A DNA stretch of 64,000 bases from Glaucostegus cemiculus (lineage: Eukaryota): contig CDPCPM010000056.1 in assembly GCA_976551045.1 (NCBI GenBank), positions 33,108,001-33,172,000 on the forward strand, in the 5' to 3' direction. Numbering within the stretch: the stretch's first letter is position 1; each line of letters opens with the position of its first letter. This document shows positions 34,909-47,669 of the stretch, piece after piece. The notes under the pieces were generated by a model. It was not told the DNA's origin, did no database searches, and was given only the letters and a program-made list of their open reading frames with translations. Position numbers and translations under genes: made by a program.

Positions 34909-37289
34909 AATAAATGCTTCTAAAACTAAATGAAATATGGTTTGAAATAAAACAGAAGTAGACCAAAGAACAATGAAAAAATTAAAGTTTTGTCAGTATT
35001 GTTCAGCTACTAAAAAAAATCACTTCTATCAATAAATTTTGCTGTTGAACCGATTGCAACCAGAGACTAATTATCCTGAATTGCTTCCACCAAGTTACAC
35101 ACATCTGTAACTATTAATAATACATCATGAAATGTTATAGGATAAAAGGTTCTGCCAAAACTGTATCCAAAATTGGAGGGACAAATATTAGAATTATTAC
35201 TTCCTGTACTTTTAGTTTGAGCATGTCTGATATGAATACTTTATAAATCAAAAATAATAATTCACTGAAATTCTAGAAACAACGTTCAGTATCCATGAAA
35301 TCTGGACCAATTGGTGACTTTCTCATACAAAATTGTTGTTTCTTTGTAATATTGTAGAGACTATCTACAATATCTTGAGCTCTTCTGCCTGCCTGAGCTG
35401 CCTAATGTGATTTGTGATGTGGAAAATAACACTTACGACAATAAGGCAGTTTTTTACTTTTTTAATGAAATTTCAACAGAGCTATCAAATCTCTTCCTTC
35501 ACATCAAATTCTGCAGTCACGATCCATCCACTTTGATATGTGAAGTGCTTTCAGAAAATATTGTCACTGTGCTGTGCATCAAAAAATTGGACAACTAGGA
35601 AGTTAATGTATGTAAGAAAATGGTGAGTAAAATAGTTGATTAAAGCAATGAATCTGGTTTAACAATAAATTGTATCTTTAATATTTATAGCAGCACTGCT
35701 TTTCCAAAAATTGTGTCCAAATAATTGTAACATTTTGATTCAATGATAGAGTATAAGAGATGATACAGTACAAATTATTGAGCTGTAGCCAAATCTTCAA
35801 TAATAGCCTTAAATATTTGGTCTATTGTGATTTGTAGTTTGATCCTCAAAGTAATGATCTTGGTCAGGGCAACAAAATGTGTTACAGTTGGTTTCTAGAT
35901 TCTTGAGATAGGCAGGGAAGTCAGCTACCAGGAATCTGATTGCTTTTCATGACAGTATACATGTACTGATGTTGGATGAAAACAAGTAAACTTTTTGGTG
36001 CCCTTTCCAATGATCATATCACCTGTTAATGCTGTTTAAATCTGTGTAAAAATTGGCAACTGAGGGAGGGAGATGATAGCACTGCTGAAGTTGCAACTCA
36101 TTGCGGGATACATCATAATGTGTGATAAATGGAAGATGGGTGATGCCCTGTGGGCAAGCAGTTTCATATCTCCCCTATTTTATTATTATAGTACTGAATT
36201 CCACCCTCACCCATTTTACACTATCACACAGCACCATTTGTTACCACCTTAAGTCAGTGCCTTTTGTGGAGAAGTAAGAAATGTTGGGACAGGAGAGAGT
36301 ATATAGCTGTATACCAGCATGTCTACAATGTACTTGGATTATTTAGCTGAGATGATCCTCACTAAGATGAGCACTATATTCAACTAGTTTTGAGAAAACC
36401 TTTTTTATATAGCTCATTAACACAAACTTTATTACAGGACCATTGCTTTTAGCATTTAACACACATTTGAATTTGTACACAAGTTTCAATAGTATGGAAG
36501 AAAATCATGAGCAGTATTTACAGAATAATTTTAAGCCGTGTTATATAAAATTTATCGTGTTTAAAGTTCCTTTGATCTGGTTTGTTCATAGTGGAAAAGA
36601 AATGTCATTCCCATCTACTATTGGCAAAGTCTCTCATGCTGGACCAATCATTGGGCATTCAAGGGACAACATTGATCTTCCCAGCACTGTACTGGGCAGG
36701 GATGCCTGCCGGATAAATTAACTTACCTGCAAAACATCCCTAATTCCCGCACTGCACCAATCCCACCTGTCAAACTTCACTACTGCCTATATTCCATGTC
36801 TCCACCTATCAATCTTCCATACTAAGACCCTGCAATTACCTGAGTAACAGATCCTGACCTCCAACAGTTACACCCTTCCCATCTTCTTACCATGCAAACA
36901 TTGTCAGTCTCCTAATATCTCCCCCACCCACCAAACCATCTCACCATCAATATCATCACATCATCAGTCTCGCGAGCAACCACCAGCTCCCCACTGCACA
37001 CCTCAACCTGACCACAGCAGAGGCCTATTCTGCTGTGGCCAGGATGGCACCTTTTTCAATAGCAAGATCTTGGGTGCAACTGATTCCATGAGGAGCCAAA
37101 ACCTGAACACCCATTGGCTGCAGTGCCCATCTGGTATACCTATTAGGTATTTTCCAGGTACATTTGTCGACATAGTTCACCACCTTTCTGGAAATGATCC
37201 TCAGGCTGGAAAACTTGTTCTGATGAATGTGCAAGAATATCAAATACGAAAGGTATGGTTTCTAAAACTGCTACTGACACAAAGATAGC

Positions 37290-38110
37290 TAGGAAGGCAA
37301 GTTTGAAGGCAACAAAGGGAAATAGATAGGTTAAGTGAGCAAAGATCTGGCAAATGGAATATAAAATGAAAAAGAAGATCATCTAAATGGTAAGTGACTG
37401 CAAAACTTTGAGATATAGAGGAATCTGTATGACCTGTTTTTATGATTCACAAAAGGCCAGCAAGCAGATATTGCAAGTAATTTGGAAAACTAACAGAATG
37501 ACATCAATTATTGCTAGGGGAATTGAATACATAAGTTGGGAGGTTATATCGTGCATTGATGAGGTCTCATCAGGAGTACTGTGCACATTTCTAGTCTCCA
37601 AATTTAAGGAATGATATTAATGCATAGGAAGCAGTTCGGAAAAGGTGTGCTAGACTCATAGCAGCAATAGTCAGGTTGTCTTTTGAGGAAAGGTTGAGCA
37701 GACCAGTCTCATTATCCACTGGAGCTTAGAAGAGTGGAAGGGGACTTGGTTGAAACAGATAAAATGGGTCTTGACGGGCTGGATGCGGAGAGGATGTTTC
37801 CTCTTGTGGGAATCCAGCAATGGAGTCACTGTTTAAGAATAATGGGCTGCCCATTTAAGAGACAAGGGACTTTTTTTTCCATTCAGAGGGTCATGCATCT
37901 TTGGAATTCTTCCTGAAAGGGTGGTAAAAGCAGAATCCTCAAATACTAAGGTAGATAGATTATTGATAAGCTAGGCATTAAAAGATTACCGTGATTAGAT
38001 AGGAATATGGAACTGAATTTATAATCAGACCAGGCATGATCTTGTTAAATGTCAGAAAAGACTTGATGGACCAAGTGGCCTGTTTTACTGCTAATTTGTA
38101 TTCTTTTTTC
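37290..38110 (+). mobile_element. CR1 LINE 3' fragment
   Basis: EGDLVETDKMGLDGLDAERMFPLVG...FFSIQRVMHLWNS (ORF 37734-37916); tail gatggaccaagtggcctgttttactgc. Confidence 0.8.
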
Positions 38111-38526
38111 CTGATAAGATATGAACTCAAACTGTGAATGCAATTGGTTCTTGTTCATATTATAAATCTCTGTCAGGCTGCTGATTTGGAAGATTGTCTG
38201 ATCCAGTGGATTGTGTTCAACACTGAGTACAGCCGACTTAAGAACAAGTCTTCCCAATATTGCAGATATCTGATTGGTAGAATGCAAATTAATTAGAATG
38301 TGTTCATGTTTTGTCAAGCAATTTTTAAGTTCCAACAAGAGTTGACTTTAATGATTGTTGTTCATTTTAAAATAAGGTAAGATTTAAATAAACTTCTTGG
38401 CTTCTTCGTATCATTTCATTATGAAAAAAAAAGAAGTGGTCCAGTGTCACTTAAAGCTTAGTAGCATGGCTGTGTTAGCAGGAGAATCTCTGAGTCACTT
38501 CTGGGGATCTCGCTAACAATCTCCAA

Positions 38527-38822
38527 GAGTGGTGCAGCTGGATTCATTCCTGACCTTGGGTGCTTTCTGCATGGATTTGGTATGTTCTCCCAATGGTCGC
38601 ATGGGTTTCCTCTGGTGCTCTGGTTTCTTCAGACGTGCGGATTGGAAAGTTAATTTGCTACTGTAGATTGCCCCTAGTATGTGGTTGAGTTTTAGAATCT
38701 GGAGGGAATTGAAAGAATGTGGGGGGATGAAAAAATAGGATTAATGTAGGATTTGTGTAAAGTGGTCAGTGTGGACTCAATTTGCTGAAGGACCTGTTTC
38801 CGTACTGAATCTGTCTATGACT
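38527..38822 (+). mobile_element. V-SINE
   Basis: V domain atgggtttcctctggtgctctggtttc and tail gaaggacctgtttccgtactgaatctgtctatgact. Confidence 0.8.
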
Positions 38823-40029
38823 GTAGGTGTTATTGCAGACTAACAGTAATTACCTCGTGTTTCTGCCACAAGTACACATGATTTGTTTGCATATTTGCAT
38901 AAAATATTCTTCCAAAGCCCCACCTCCAAGCTGAAATTGATGGAAATGCTCTGGAGCTCTACTTATAAAAGAACTGAGCAAAATAATTAGGCACTTACGT
39001 TATACAAGTTCAAGGATCATTTCAGTGTAACACAGAGAGCTCCAAGCAAATAATGGAAGATGCATTTCTCATCTTGAAGTGCATCAAGATTGACCAGACT
39101 TATTTATCTTTCCTTATGCAAGTTGTGAAAGTTCAGAATTAATTCCAGGTCCTTAATTTCAAATCATTTTCTGCCTCAGCAATCTTTCACTATTATTTAT
39201 TTTCATGTGGTGTGGGAGGAAAAAAAAGGAAACTTTAACAAGGTGAAACATATGTTTACAGAGGCAAGGATAAATAGAATAGTTTTCCTAGTTAAGTTTC
39301 ATCTGGAACATCTTTCATGTATTAAATAATCAGACATTTTGAATGACAGTGCACTTCCATAAAATGTTGCCATGATATCTTGGAGTCAAACTATACAAAC
39401 CAAAACTACTGTTATCATGCTGTGCTGGCTTGGTTTATGACTACACATATCCATACATCCTTGACATCAAAATCACTGACCATATTTTCTTTTGGCTTTG
39501 TGGTAGTTTTTCATTCCAGACTTATTGAAATTGATTTTATCTTTGTAAAATCTACTGATGTGATGTATGATTACTTCCTGTGTGGAAAAAATGGAAAATC
39601 GCCAGGATGTTTTGTTTTCACTTCCATTTAGCATTTTAATCGTTGAAGAATTCAATGCCAAAAGATTACATAAAATTCAGAGATCGTACCTACATGGTTA
39701 GGAGAGGGAAGAAAAGAATGTACACACATACTAGGTTTAAGATGTATTGGGAGGTGCTACAAGTGAACTGAATGCACAAAGCTGACATTTAATGGGTGGT
39801 CAGATTATAGAGTTTTGCTTAACCACTTTCTGATGCTTTCGATTTCATAAGCACAATCCAAAACTTATTAGAATAATATGTCAAATTAAATCCCTTTTAA
39901 AAATTAAATTGACCTTTCTCACATTCACAATCTAATTATTTTCAGGGCCTCTGAGTAATGGTACTTGTTCCCGCTCTTCTATTTCCTTTCCTCTTACATT
40001 GTATGAGTTTTAATTTTTAAAAACTGAAT

Positions 40030-40800
40030 AAATTTCACCCCTAATTTTCACCCTGCTCTCCAATTCACTTGGACTGTCTCTGACACGTCTTTCTCCTTCC
40101 TTGATGTATCCATCTCCATCTCAGGAGATTCCTGAGCCACCAACATCTTCTACAAATCCACTGACACCCATAGCTACCTTGATTACAGCTCCTCCCTCCC
40201 TGTCTCTTGAAAGGTTGCTATCACTTTTTCTCAGTTTCTCCACCTACACTGCATCTGCTCCCATGATGAGGCTTTCCACTTCAGGACATCAGAAATGTCC
40301 AACTTCTTTCCTAACTGTGGCTTCCCCCCTACTGTGGTCAGGAGAGCTCGCACCCACATCTCTGCCATTTCCCGCACCTCTGCTCTCACCCCCACCCCTC
40401 CCAAACCCAACAGGGATAGGATCCCCTTTGTCCTCACATTTCATCCCACCAGCATACATATACAACACACCATTCTCCGCCACTTCCGCCATCTCCAATG
40501 GCACCCCACCAAGCATATCTTCCCCTCCCCACCCCCGCGCCTGCCTATCACTTTCTCTTACCTGCATCTACCTATCACCAACTTGTGCCCACCCCACTTC
40601 CCTTCTTTTGTCCACCTATTACTGCTCTGTTTTCCCTCCTATATATTGGGCTTCCCCTTTTCCTATCTTCAGTCCTGAAGCAGGATCCTGACCCGAAACG
40701 TTGACCACCTGATTTTCTCCATGGACGTAGCCTGGCCTGCTGAGTTCCTCCAGCATCATGGTGTTTTTCATTGAGATATTCCAACATCCTTTGTCCTTTG
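40030..40800 (+). mobile_element. Internally deleted Penelope-like element
   Basis: NFHPALQFTWTVSD..FLD, IFYKSTDTHSYLDY and DRIPFVLTFHPTS peptides. The GIY-YIG part is deleted; the terminal repeat runs from 40660 to 40790. Confidence 0.85.
40670..40707 (+). ncRNA. Best-preserved minimal type-I hammerhead ribozyme motif
   Basis: caGTC-CTGAAG(C)A-GGATC-ct-GACCC-GAAA-CGT-T-GAC. It has stem I GTC/GAC, stem II with one mismatch, intact GAAA and the palindromic AACGTT typical of dimer-forming Penelope hammerheads. Confidence 0.7.
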
Positions 40801-43309
40801 TTTCTCAAAGCTTGACATCCCCAAATCACTTCCTGATTAACAGCTTAACAATTTTGCATACTGTTCTGTAACTTAAGACAAAGCTGACAAATTTAAACAA
40901 TCAGTTCTTGGAAATATTTCTTGCAAAAAATGCATTTTAATCCTAACCAATGTTTAATATTAGCATTAAGGTTTAGCATCTGACCAAACACAGAGAAACA
41001 GATGAAGTGTGCCCACCATAACTTACTGGGCCAGAGGGAAAAATAAAGTTGGTAACATAATTTTACACCATCCATCTAACCAGGTACCTATAGTTAAAAT
41101 ATGACATTATTATTCAGTGATAAAGTTCATTTCCTAAAATTCACTTAGATCTTTTTATGTACCTTATATAGATACATATCTTATATTTCTAAGTACATAG
41201 TTCCTTTTACTACAAATTCTCTAAAGAAACAATAAAATGGTCAGGATTCATCAATAGCCAGGCTGTTTAAGCCAAGACTAAAGGAAGATGTCTGTTGTAA
41301 GACCAAACGCACCTGCTTCATTTGCGTCTGAGGTTTATTCTGAGGTTTTTGCTGTTGACCTTGAATTTCAAATGCATCAAGATGTCACATTTTCAATGCA
41401 ACTCTGCAGAAAATGGTATTTCATTAAAATTGTGAATTAAAATCCTTAGTTACCTGTGCAAAAATTAAAACAAGTGAAGATGATCAATGAAATGGAAGGA
41501 TCAATTGTTCAATTGCCAAAGTACCAAAAGACTTTAATGTGCCATAAATTGAGCTTCCAGGCTACAATATCTCATATAATCCAAAATTTATTCTGATAGC
41601 ATCTCTCCTTGCAGCTAAACTGACAATTTTCTACACCACCACCTTTGTATTCCAAATACAAAGCTAAAATAAAACCTCATGATTTTTTTCATTTTCTTTT
41701 AATATTCCTTCTGTTAATTTTTAAACACAAGCCAACTATTCTACACATTTTGATTCAATGATTCCAGCTTCCAAACTAAAGTCTGCAAGACAGAATTTAG
41801 ATAGCAGTTCAATTCCTGAGCTTTGAGGAGTTGGTGTCCATCTTACTTCAACATCACAACAACTAATCTGAAGTTGAACATCAGTTTAAAAAATCATTTT
41901 TGATGAGAATTTCCATGCACAAATTTTCTATTGCATTTCTTAAATTGCAACTGCAAAATCATCCAACTAGATGGAAAGCTAAAGTATAAACTCAGGAGAG
42001 CATTAATCAAAATAATTTTGTAATTTTATGTGGATGGACATACAGATATGTGTTTGAATAGATATGGCAAATCATGTCTACTTGTTCTCACAAAGTGTTG
42101 AGGCTCAAGCAGAAATTGACATATTTTGGATTTGATGCAAATAAACCACCTCTGGTAGGTAATTTTAAAATTTACTTGGAGTTGGTGGCTAAAAGGACAT
42201 TTGAAGAGTCCTGAGATACACAGCCATCCAGAATAATGGTTATCAGGAGTTCCTCTTAGGACACAGAAAAATTATCTGCATGGATTCAGCATATTGGTAC
42301 AGACTGTCAGTTGGTATGTGTTTGCAGTGTTTGCTTTTAGTTGTACATTATAGTAAATTGAACTGCATTATTTCTAACAAAGGCAAGTATAACAAAGGCT
42401 GCATGTTTGTTTCAGACTGAGGCTAATTTGCAGGATTAGTTCATTGGTATGATTTAAATAATCAGATTTAGATGAACTTTTACAGCTGTCAATATTACAA
42501 GCAAGCAACATAAAGTCAGACACTTGCATCTTGACTGCTCTAAACAACTACTCTTAGGCATTACCCCACTAGGGTGGCATCTTTTAAAACAATTGTTTGC
42601 AGAAATAAAATTTTAGATATTGTTTCAATACCTAAAATGTTTAGTATGTAATGCAGCATAAAAACAGACACAGGATCATTATATACTAAAAATTTTAGAT
42701 ATTGAAAGAGAAAGGAGAATGTCAGATTGAAAGAATTCAGCACAAAAAAAATGGTACATGCTTGGTAATTTATACAAGTGCCCTTTTAAGTCCCCCTTTG
42801 CAATACATCTGTTTCATTCAGGAAGGCTGGTTTGAAATTTTCAACAATATCTGCAGAAATTTTAACTGTGTGTGATAAACCACAAGCAGAAAGGTGCATG
42901 TATCTGCAAAAAATGTAAAACATTAAATGATTACATTGTGACCCTGTTCATCTCTACAATCCATGCTTTTAGTTAATTAATTTAGGGCATCTGGTTACTT
43001 CATTTAAAGTCCAAACATGGGGAGTCTCCATAAATCATTACTATATTTTACCATGTAGCCAAGGTATTGGGTGTTCTAGGTATTATCAGGTTCATCACCA
43101 CGTCAGGCTGCTCAGCCAGCTACCTACTATGTATAAGCAACATAGTGACTGAATAATTCAACTGAAATATCTTAGGGGTAAATTATTTAGCCAGAAATTA
43201 ACTGAGTTGAAAACTGCAATAATTGGAGTTATACTTGGGCCAATACTCTAAGACTGCAGTTCCTTTGTAAAGAGGATACAAACATTCTAAAGTGAATTTA
43301 TGATTGTAC

Positions 43310-43552
43310 AGAAACATTGAAACTAACAATATTCTATTCTAAGTGCACATTTTTTCACCAAGTGGATAATTAATCTTTATTATTCCTTACAGAAGAGGCC
43401 CATGAGGACTAAGTCATTGAATAAATTCAATACTTTTAGATATTGATGGAATCAAAGTACTGTATGTGGGTCAGTGAAGAAAAATGGCATCAAGGTAGAA
43501 GATTAGTCACAAGGGGCCAAATGACCTACTCCTGCTTCAATTTCTTATGTTG
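43310..43552 (+). mobile_element. CR1 3' end (decayed)
   Basis: tttttcaccaagtggataattaatct...aagtcattgaataaattcaa...aaggggccaaatgacctactcctgcttcaatttcttatgtt. Confidence 0.65.
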
Positions 43553-44199
43553 TTAAATGATATACAGTAAAGAATGATTTCACTATTCAAGTATCATCAA
43601 AGTAAACATTAAGCTGAGAAAGATATATCAATATTGCTGAACTTATGAATGTTATTCAGCACACTTTTCATTTGCTTGCTTACAATGAGCCAATAGATAG
43701 AAGAGTTTGACAGAAGCACCCAGTGATTCATTCAGGAACTGTACTGTTTAGGAAGGCCCAGGCTTCAATCTTCTTTTAAGTTCATTATTTGGATGCTGTG
43801 TTTATTGGAAATTCAAATGCCACGATGCCAATTTGTAAGATTGAATTTGATAAATTGTTGAGCCAGCACCAGTAATCATTACAATAGCTTGATTATTGTA
43901 AAAATACCAACCAATTCACTGCTATTCTCCAGAAAAAAAAAGTACCACCACAATACAATCTGAACTAAATGTAATTCTAGTCATACAATGTAGATTTGAT
44001 TTAATGTATTTGGGGCAGTTTTATGGAAATATAAAATAAATCCATCATTATTTGGATTGTGCTGAAATTGTGACATCAGCATTATTCACATCCTAATTTT
44101 TTTTAAATTCTGATTTCAAAGGGGAGAAGTGCAAGCACTCCTGTACTGGCTTTTGCACTTGTCAACTGGATTTGTGCAGTAAACAACTTGGAGTGAGAT

Positions 44200-44705
44200 C
44201 AAGAGTAATCTATTAGCATGGATAGAGTATTAGCTAGCTAACAGAAAACAGAGAATGGGAATAAATGAACCATTTTTAGGTTGCTTAGATGTAACTAACA
44301 GTTTATCGCTGAGATCATCACTGGGCTTCAACTATTTATAATCTTTATGAATACTTGAAGAAATTAAAAAAGTTTTGAAAGAAATATGGAAAAATTAAGT
44401 GCACAAAAAATTGGCAAGTGGACTATAATGTGGGGTAAAATGAGACTTTGCAGGAAGATTGGAAAAGCAGTATATAGTGACAGACTATAGACTGCTGCAG
44501 TACAAAGAAATCTTAATTATCCTGGAGTGTGAAATACAGCAAGTTAGCTGGGAGGTACAATAAATAATTAAGAAGTGAAATGGAATATTGGCTTTTATTG
44601 CACAGGGAACAGAGAATAAAAGTGGATTAGAGGCCATGATCAGCTTCGCCACGATCTTACTGAATGGCAAATCACGCTTGAGAGACCAACTTCTTATGTT
44701 CCTGT
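44200..44705 (+). mobile_element. CR1 fragments (heavily decayed)
   Basis: tattagcatggatagagtattagctagctaacagaaaacagagaatgggaataaatg (WIE.WL..RKQRVGING-like) and tail gccacgatcttactgaatggc. Confidence 0.6.
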
Positions 44706-46189
44706 GCTCAGATATATCTGCATTCAGTGTCAAAACTCATCCATGAATGATAACCTCTAAGTTCATCAATATTGATACATCTTTCCTAGCATAATGTTTA
44801 CTCTGACGATACTTGTTGGTGAAATGATAAGTTCTTGGTAGCAAGGGTCACTTCAGATCCTTAGAACCTTGCAAGCAGAAGAAATCACTGGGCAGGTAAT
44901 TTGGACAAAAATATAAATTATATGACATCAATGTCAGTTTAAATAGCCAAGGATAAAATGATACCAAATGTATGATAGCATTTCAATTTCTACCAAAATC
45001 ACTTGTCAAAAATTGGACCATCCTTAAAACTAGGTTAAAAAAATAGCACTTTTGGAAGCATTACCCTGAGTAACTTAATCCCGCATTACATGGGAAACTT
45101 CACACTAAATCAACTGTCAGTATTAATATTATCTATCTGTGTTTGAGATATAGGAACACAATAGACTTGTAAGAAATAATACTTTAAAAGTAAACCTCAT
45201 TTGTTTGACGTTGAAAAGAACACAAAAACCACATGTAACCTGGAGCCTTTTTCATATAATCTTCAGCTAATGATAGAAGAAAAATGAATGGTATGTTAAC
45301 AATATTCACTAAACAACATTTACCATTTACCAGTTGTATTTGGTTATGGTGCGTGATTAAGCTTTGGCCCGCATAATAATTTAAAATATTAAATGTCACA
45401 GAGAGACAGAGTTAGTAAAGGACACACTGTGAACTTTAAGTCATCCTCAGGGGATTAAAATGCAGACATTAATAAACTACTGTCAAATCAGATCAGAAAT
45501 TTACTTCCTTGATTCAAGTTATAGTGTTAAAATCTTAACTGTACAAGCTTAGTCACTGGAGGTGTCACTGTTATGGGCTGTCCAGATTGCTCTGGACCCA
45601 GCTCAGACTTGTGGTTGCACTCCACACTAGCCCCGTGGTCACATTAACTTTTTGCAACCATGTCGCTCCCAACAACATTGAAACCTCACTGCTGCAGCTG
45701 TTCTCTGAGTGGCAACAGGCTCTCCAATAGTGCAAGCTGAGGCCCCTTCCACAGACTACCCTGTTGACCTTCTGACACCTTGTCCTACCTGAAGGCCATT
45801 TAATTATTTCCAAATGTCTCTGATGATCAGAGGCATTCAGAAACAATTGAAAATAAATAATTTTCAACTTTAAAAATGAATAATAAAAATTGAGCTCATT
45901 TAAAATGCAATCAACTGTCATAAGTTAATTAAAACATCAATATTAATTAAAATAACGTAAGATGAAGAAACACACCTTCATTTTTTTTTAATGAAGCTCA
46001 GCTCCCCATTTAAATGAAAGGGCACATGTAAGATGCTCCAGTTCTGACTGGCATAAGGCTGATGTGAAATGTATCTAGTTTTTTGTCTTTGGGCATTATG
46101 ACCTCCAGTGCCTTCTCTAAGTTTGTGTTGCAGAACACAGGTGGAAAGGTCTGGAACATCTGTAGCTAGCTGGCAGCAGGATTTAGCCT

Positions 46190-46290
46190 ATTAAAAACTG
46201 AAAATCCTGGGAATACTTAGTAGGTCAGGCAGCATCAGTGGAAAGAGGAACAGAGTTAACATATCAGGTTAAAGACTTTTAATCAGATGT
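46190..46290 (-). mobile_element. Short Penelope-terminus element with a decayed hammerhead
   Basis: Minus strand reads CTGATTA-AAAGTC-ttt-AACCT-GATA-TGT-T-AACT followed by the family tail. Confidence 0.7.
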
Positions 46291-47669
46291 GATCTAATCT
46301 TGGTAGCTAGCATGTTTAAGGAATTTACCTGAACAGCTAAGTTGTTTGCTTTTGCTCAGTATTAACCACTGGCTGAAAGAGACTCTAAAATCCCCTACCT
46401 GTCAGTTGATTTAACTACAATTTCTTCCTACAAGCCACAATGGATTTTCACTATATTCTGCTTTTCATGGATATTTTTGAGAAAAAGGCTTATTTGAAAG
46501 TCCCATACATCCTGATTTAAACCAATTTATTATTGACAATATGAATGGACCAATTTCAGGACACAAGGGAACTATATTACTTTGCCTCTTAATAGCACTA
46601 GCTATGAGAGCTGAAGAAAGATTACTTGATGATAAATCACTGACATGAAATTTTAGGGAGATATTTATTGAGGAAGAAGAATCCTAATTATTTCAAATTG
46701 GTTCACCAGTACATTGTTTTTCTTGATACCAAAGAGATTGATAACAATGACAGTTTTATAATGGTTCTAATCAACGCTACATTTAACTATCCAGAACTCA
46801 CAAATAAATGCCTTAATTCCTGTTAAAATTACCTACTAAAATGAATCCTATATTCCACAAAATAAATAGCCGCCCTTCAGTTGGGCTTCCTCTCTAAGTT
46901 ATTTTAGAAGAGAATGATGGCTGTCATCTTTTGCCCAGTGGTATGGGCCTTACTTTTATCCTTGACGTAAATCCAACTGATGTTTCAACAAAGTTCCCTT
47001 ATGGTGCCTGCAAGTAATATTATTTCTCTTCCTGAAATCAATTTTTATTACTTCAGCTTTTTACAGTTGCTCTCCAGCTCTTTACAGCTCTTACCATCTC
47101 CTTAGGTGAAAAACATGCTGTTTAAGTTCCCAGCATGTTCTAAAAGTCCTTGGGCTTGCACCACAATTTGTAAAGGTAGAGTAAGAGCCCAAATATTGGA
47201 AATTGACAGTCCAGTTATATTGCCATCAAATTAAAGGATCCTATACCACAAAAGGAGACCATTTGCCCATCTTGCCTATGCTGACTCTTTGAAAGAGCTT
47301 TCTAGCTTGCCCCCCTTCCCCTCGCATTCCCCACAGCACTGCAGTATTTCTTCAAGTATTCATCCAAGTCTCTTCTGTCTGTCTCTCTGCCTTCTATCAC
47401 TTTGTTATCTTTCTGTCTCACTCTCGGTCTCTTTGAATTTATGCCTCAGCAGTTCCATTAAATAAAGGTTGCAACGTAGTGAAAGTCATTAAACCCAGTG
47501 CGACCATTTGCTGTGTCACATTTGCAGAGCAGTGAGTGATCCACTGAGGCAGTGCATGCTTATTCTGGGAGCTCCATTGCTTCTTTAGGATAGCCTGAGA
47601 TAGTGAGATCTTTCACTCCTCTAGAAACAGTAAAGGACAAATTGAATTTAAGTCCAGGCTTTGTTATTA

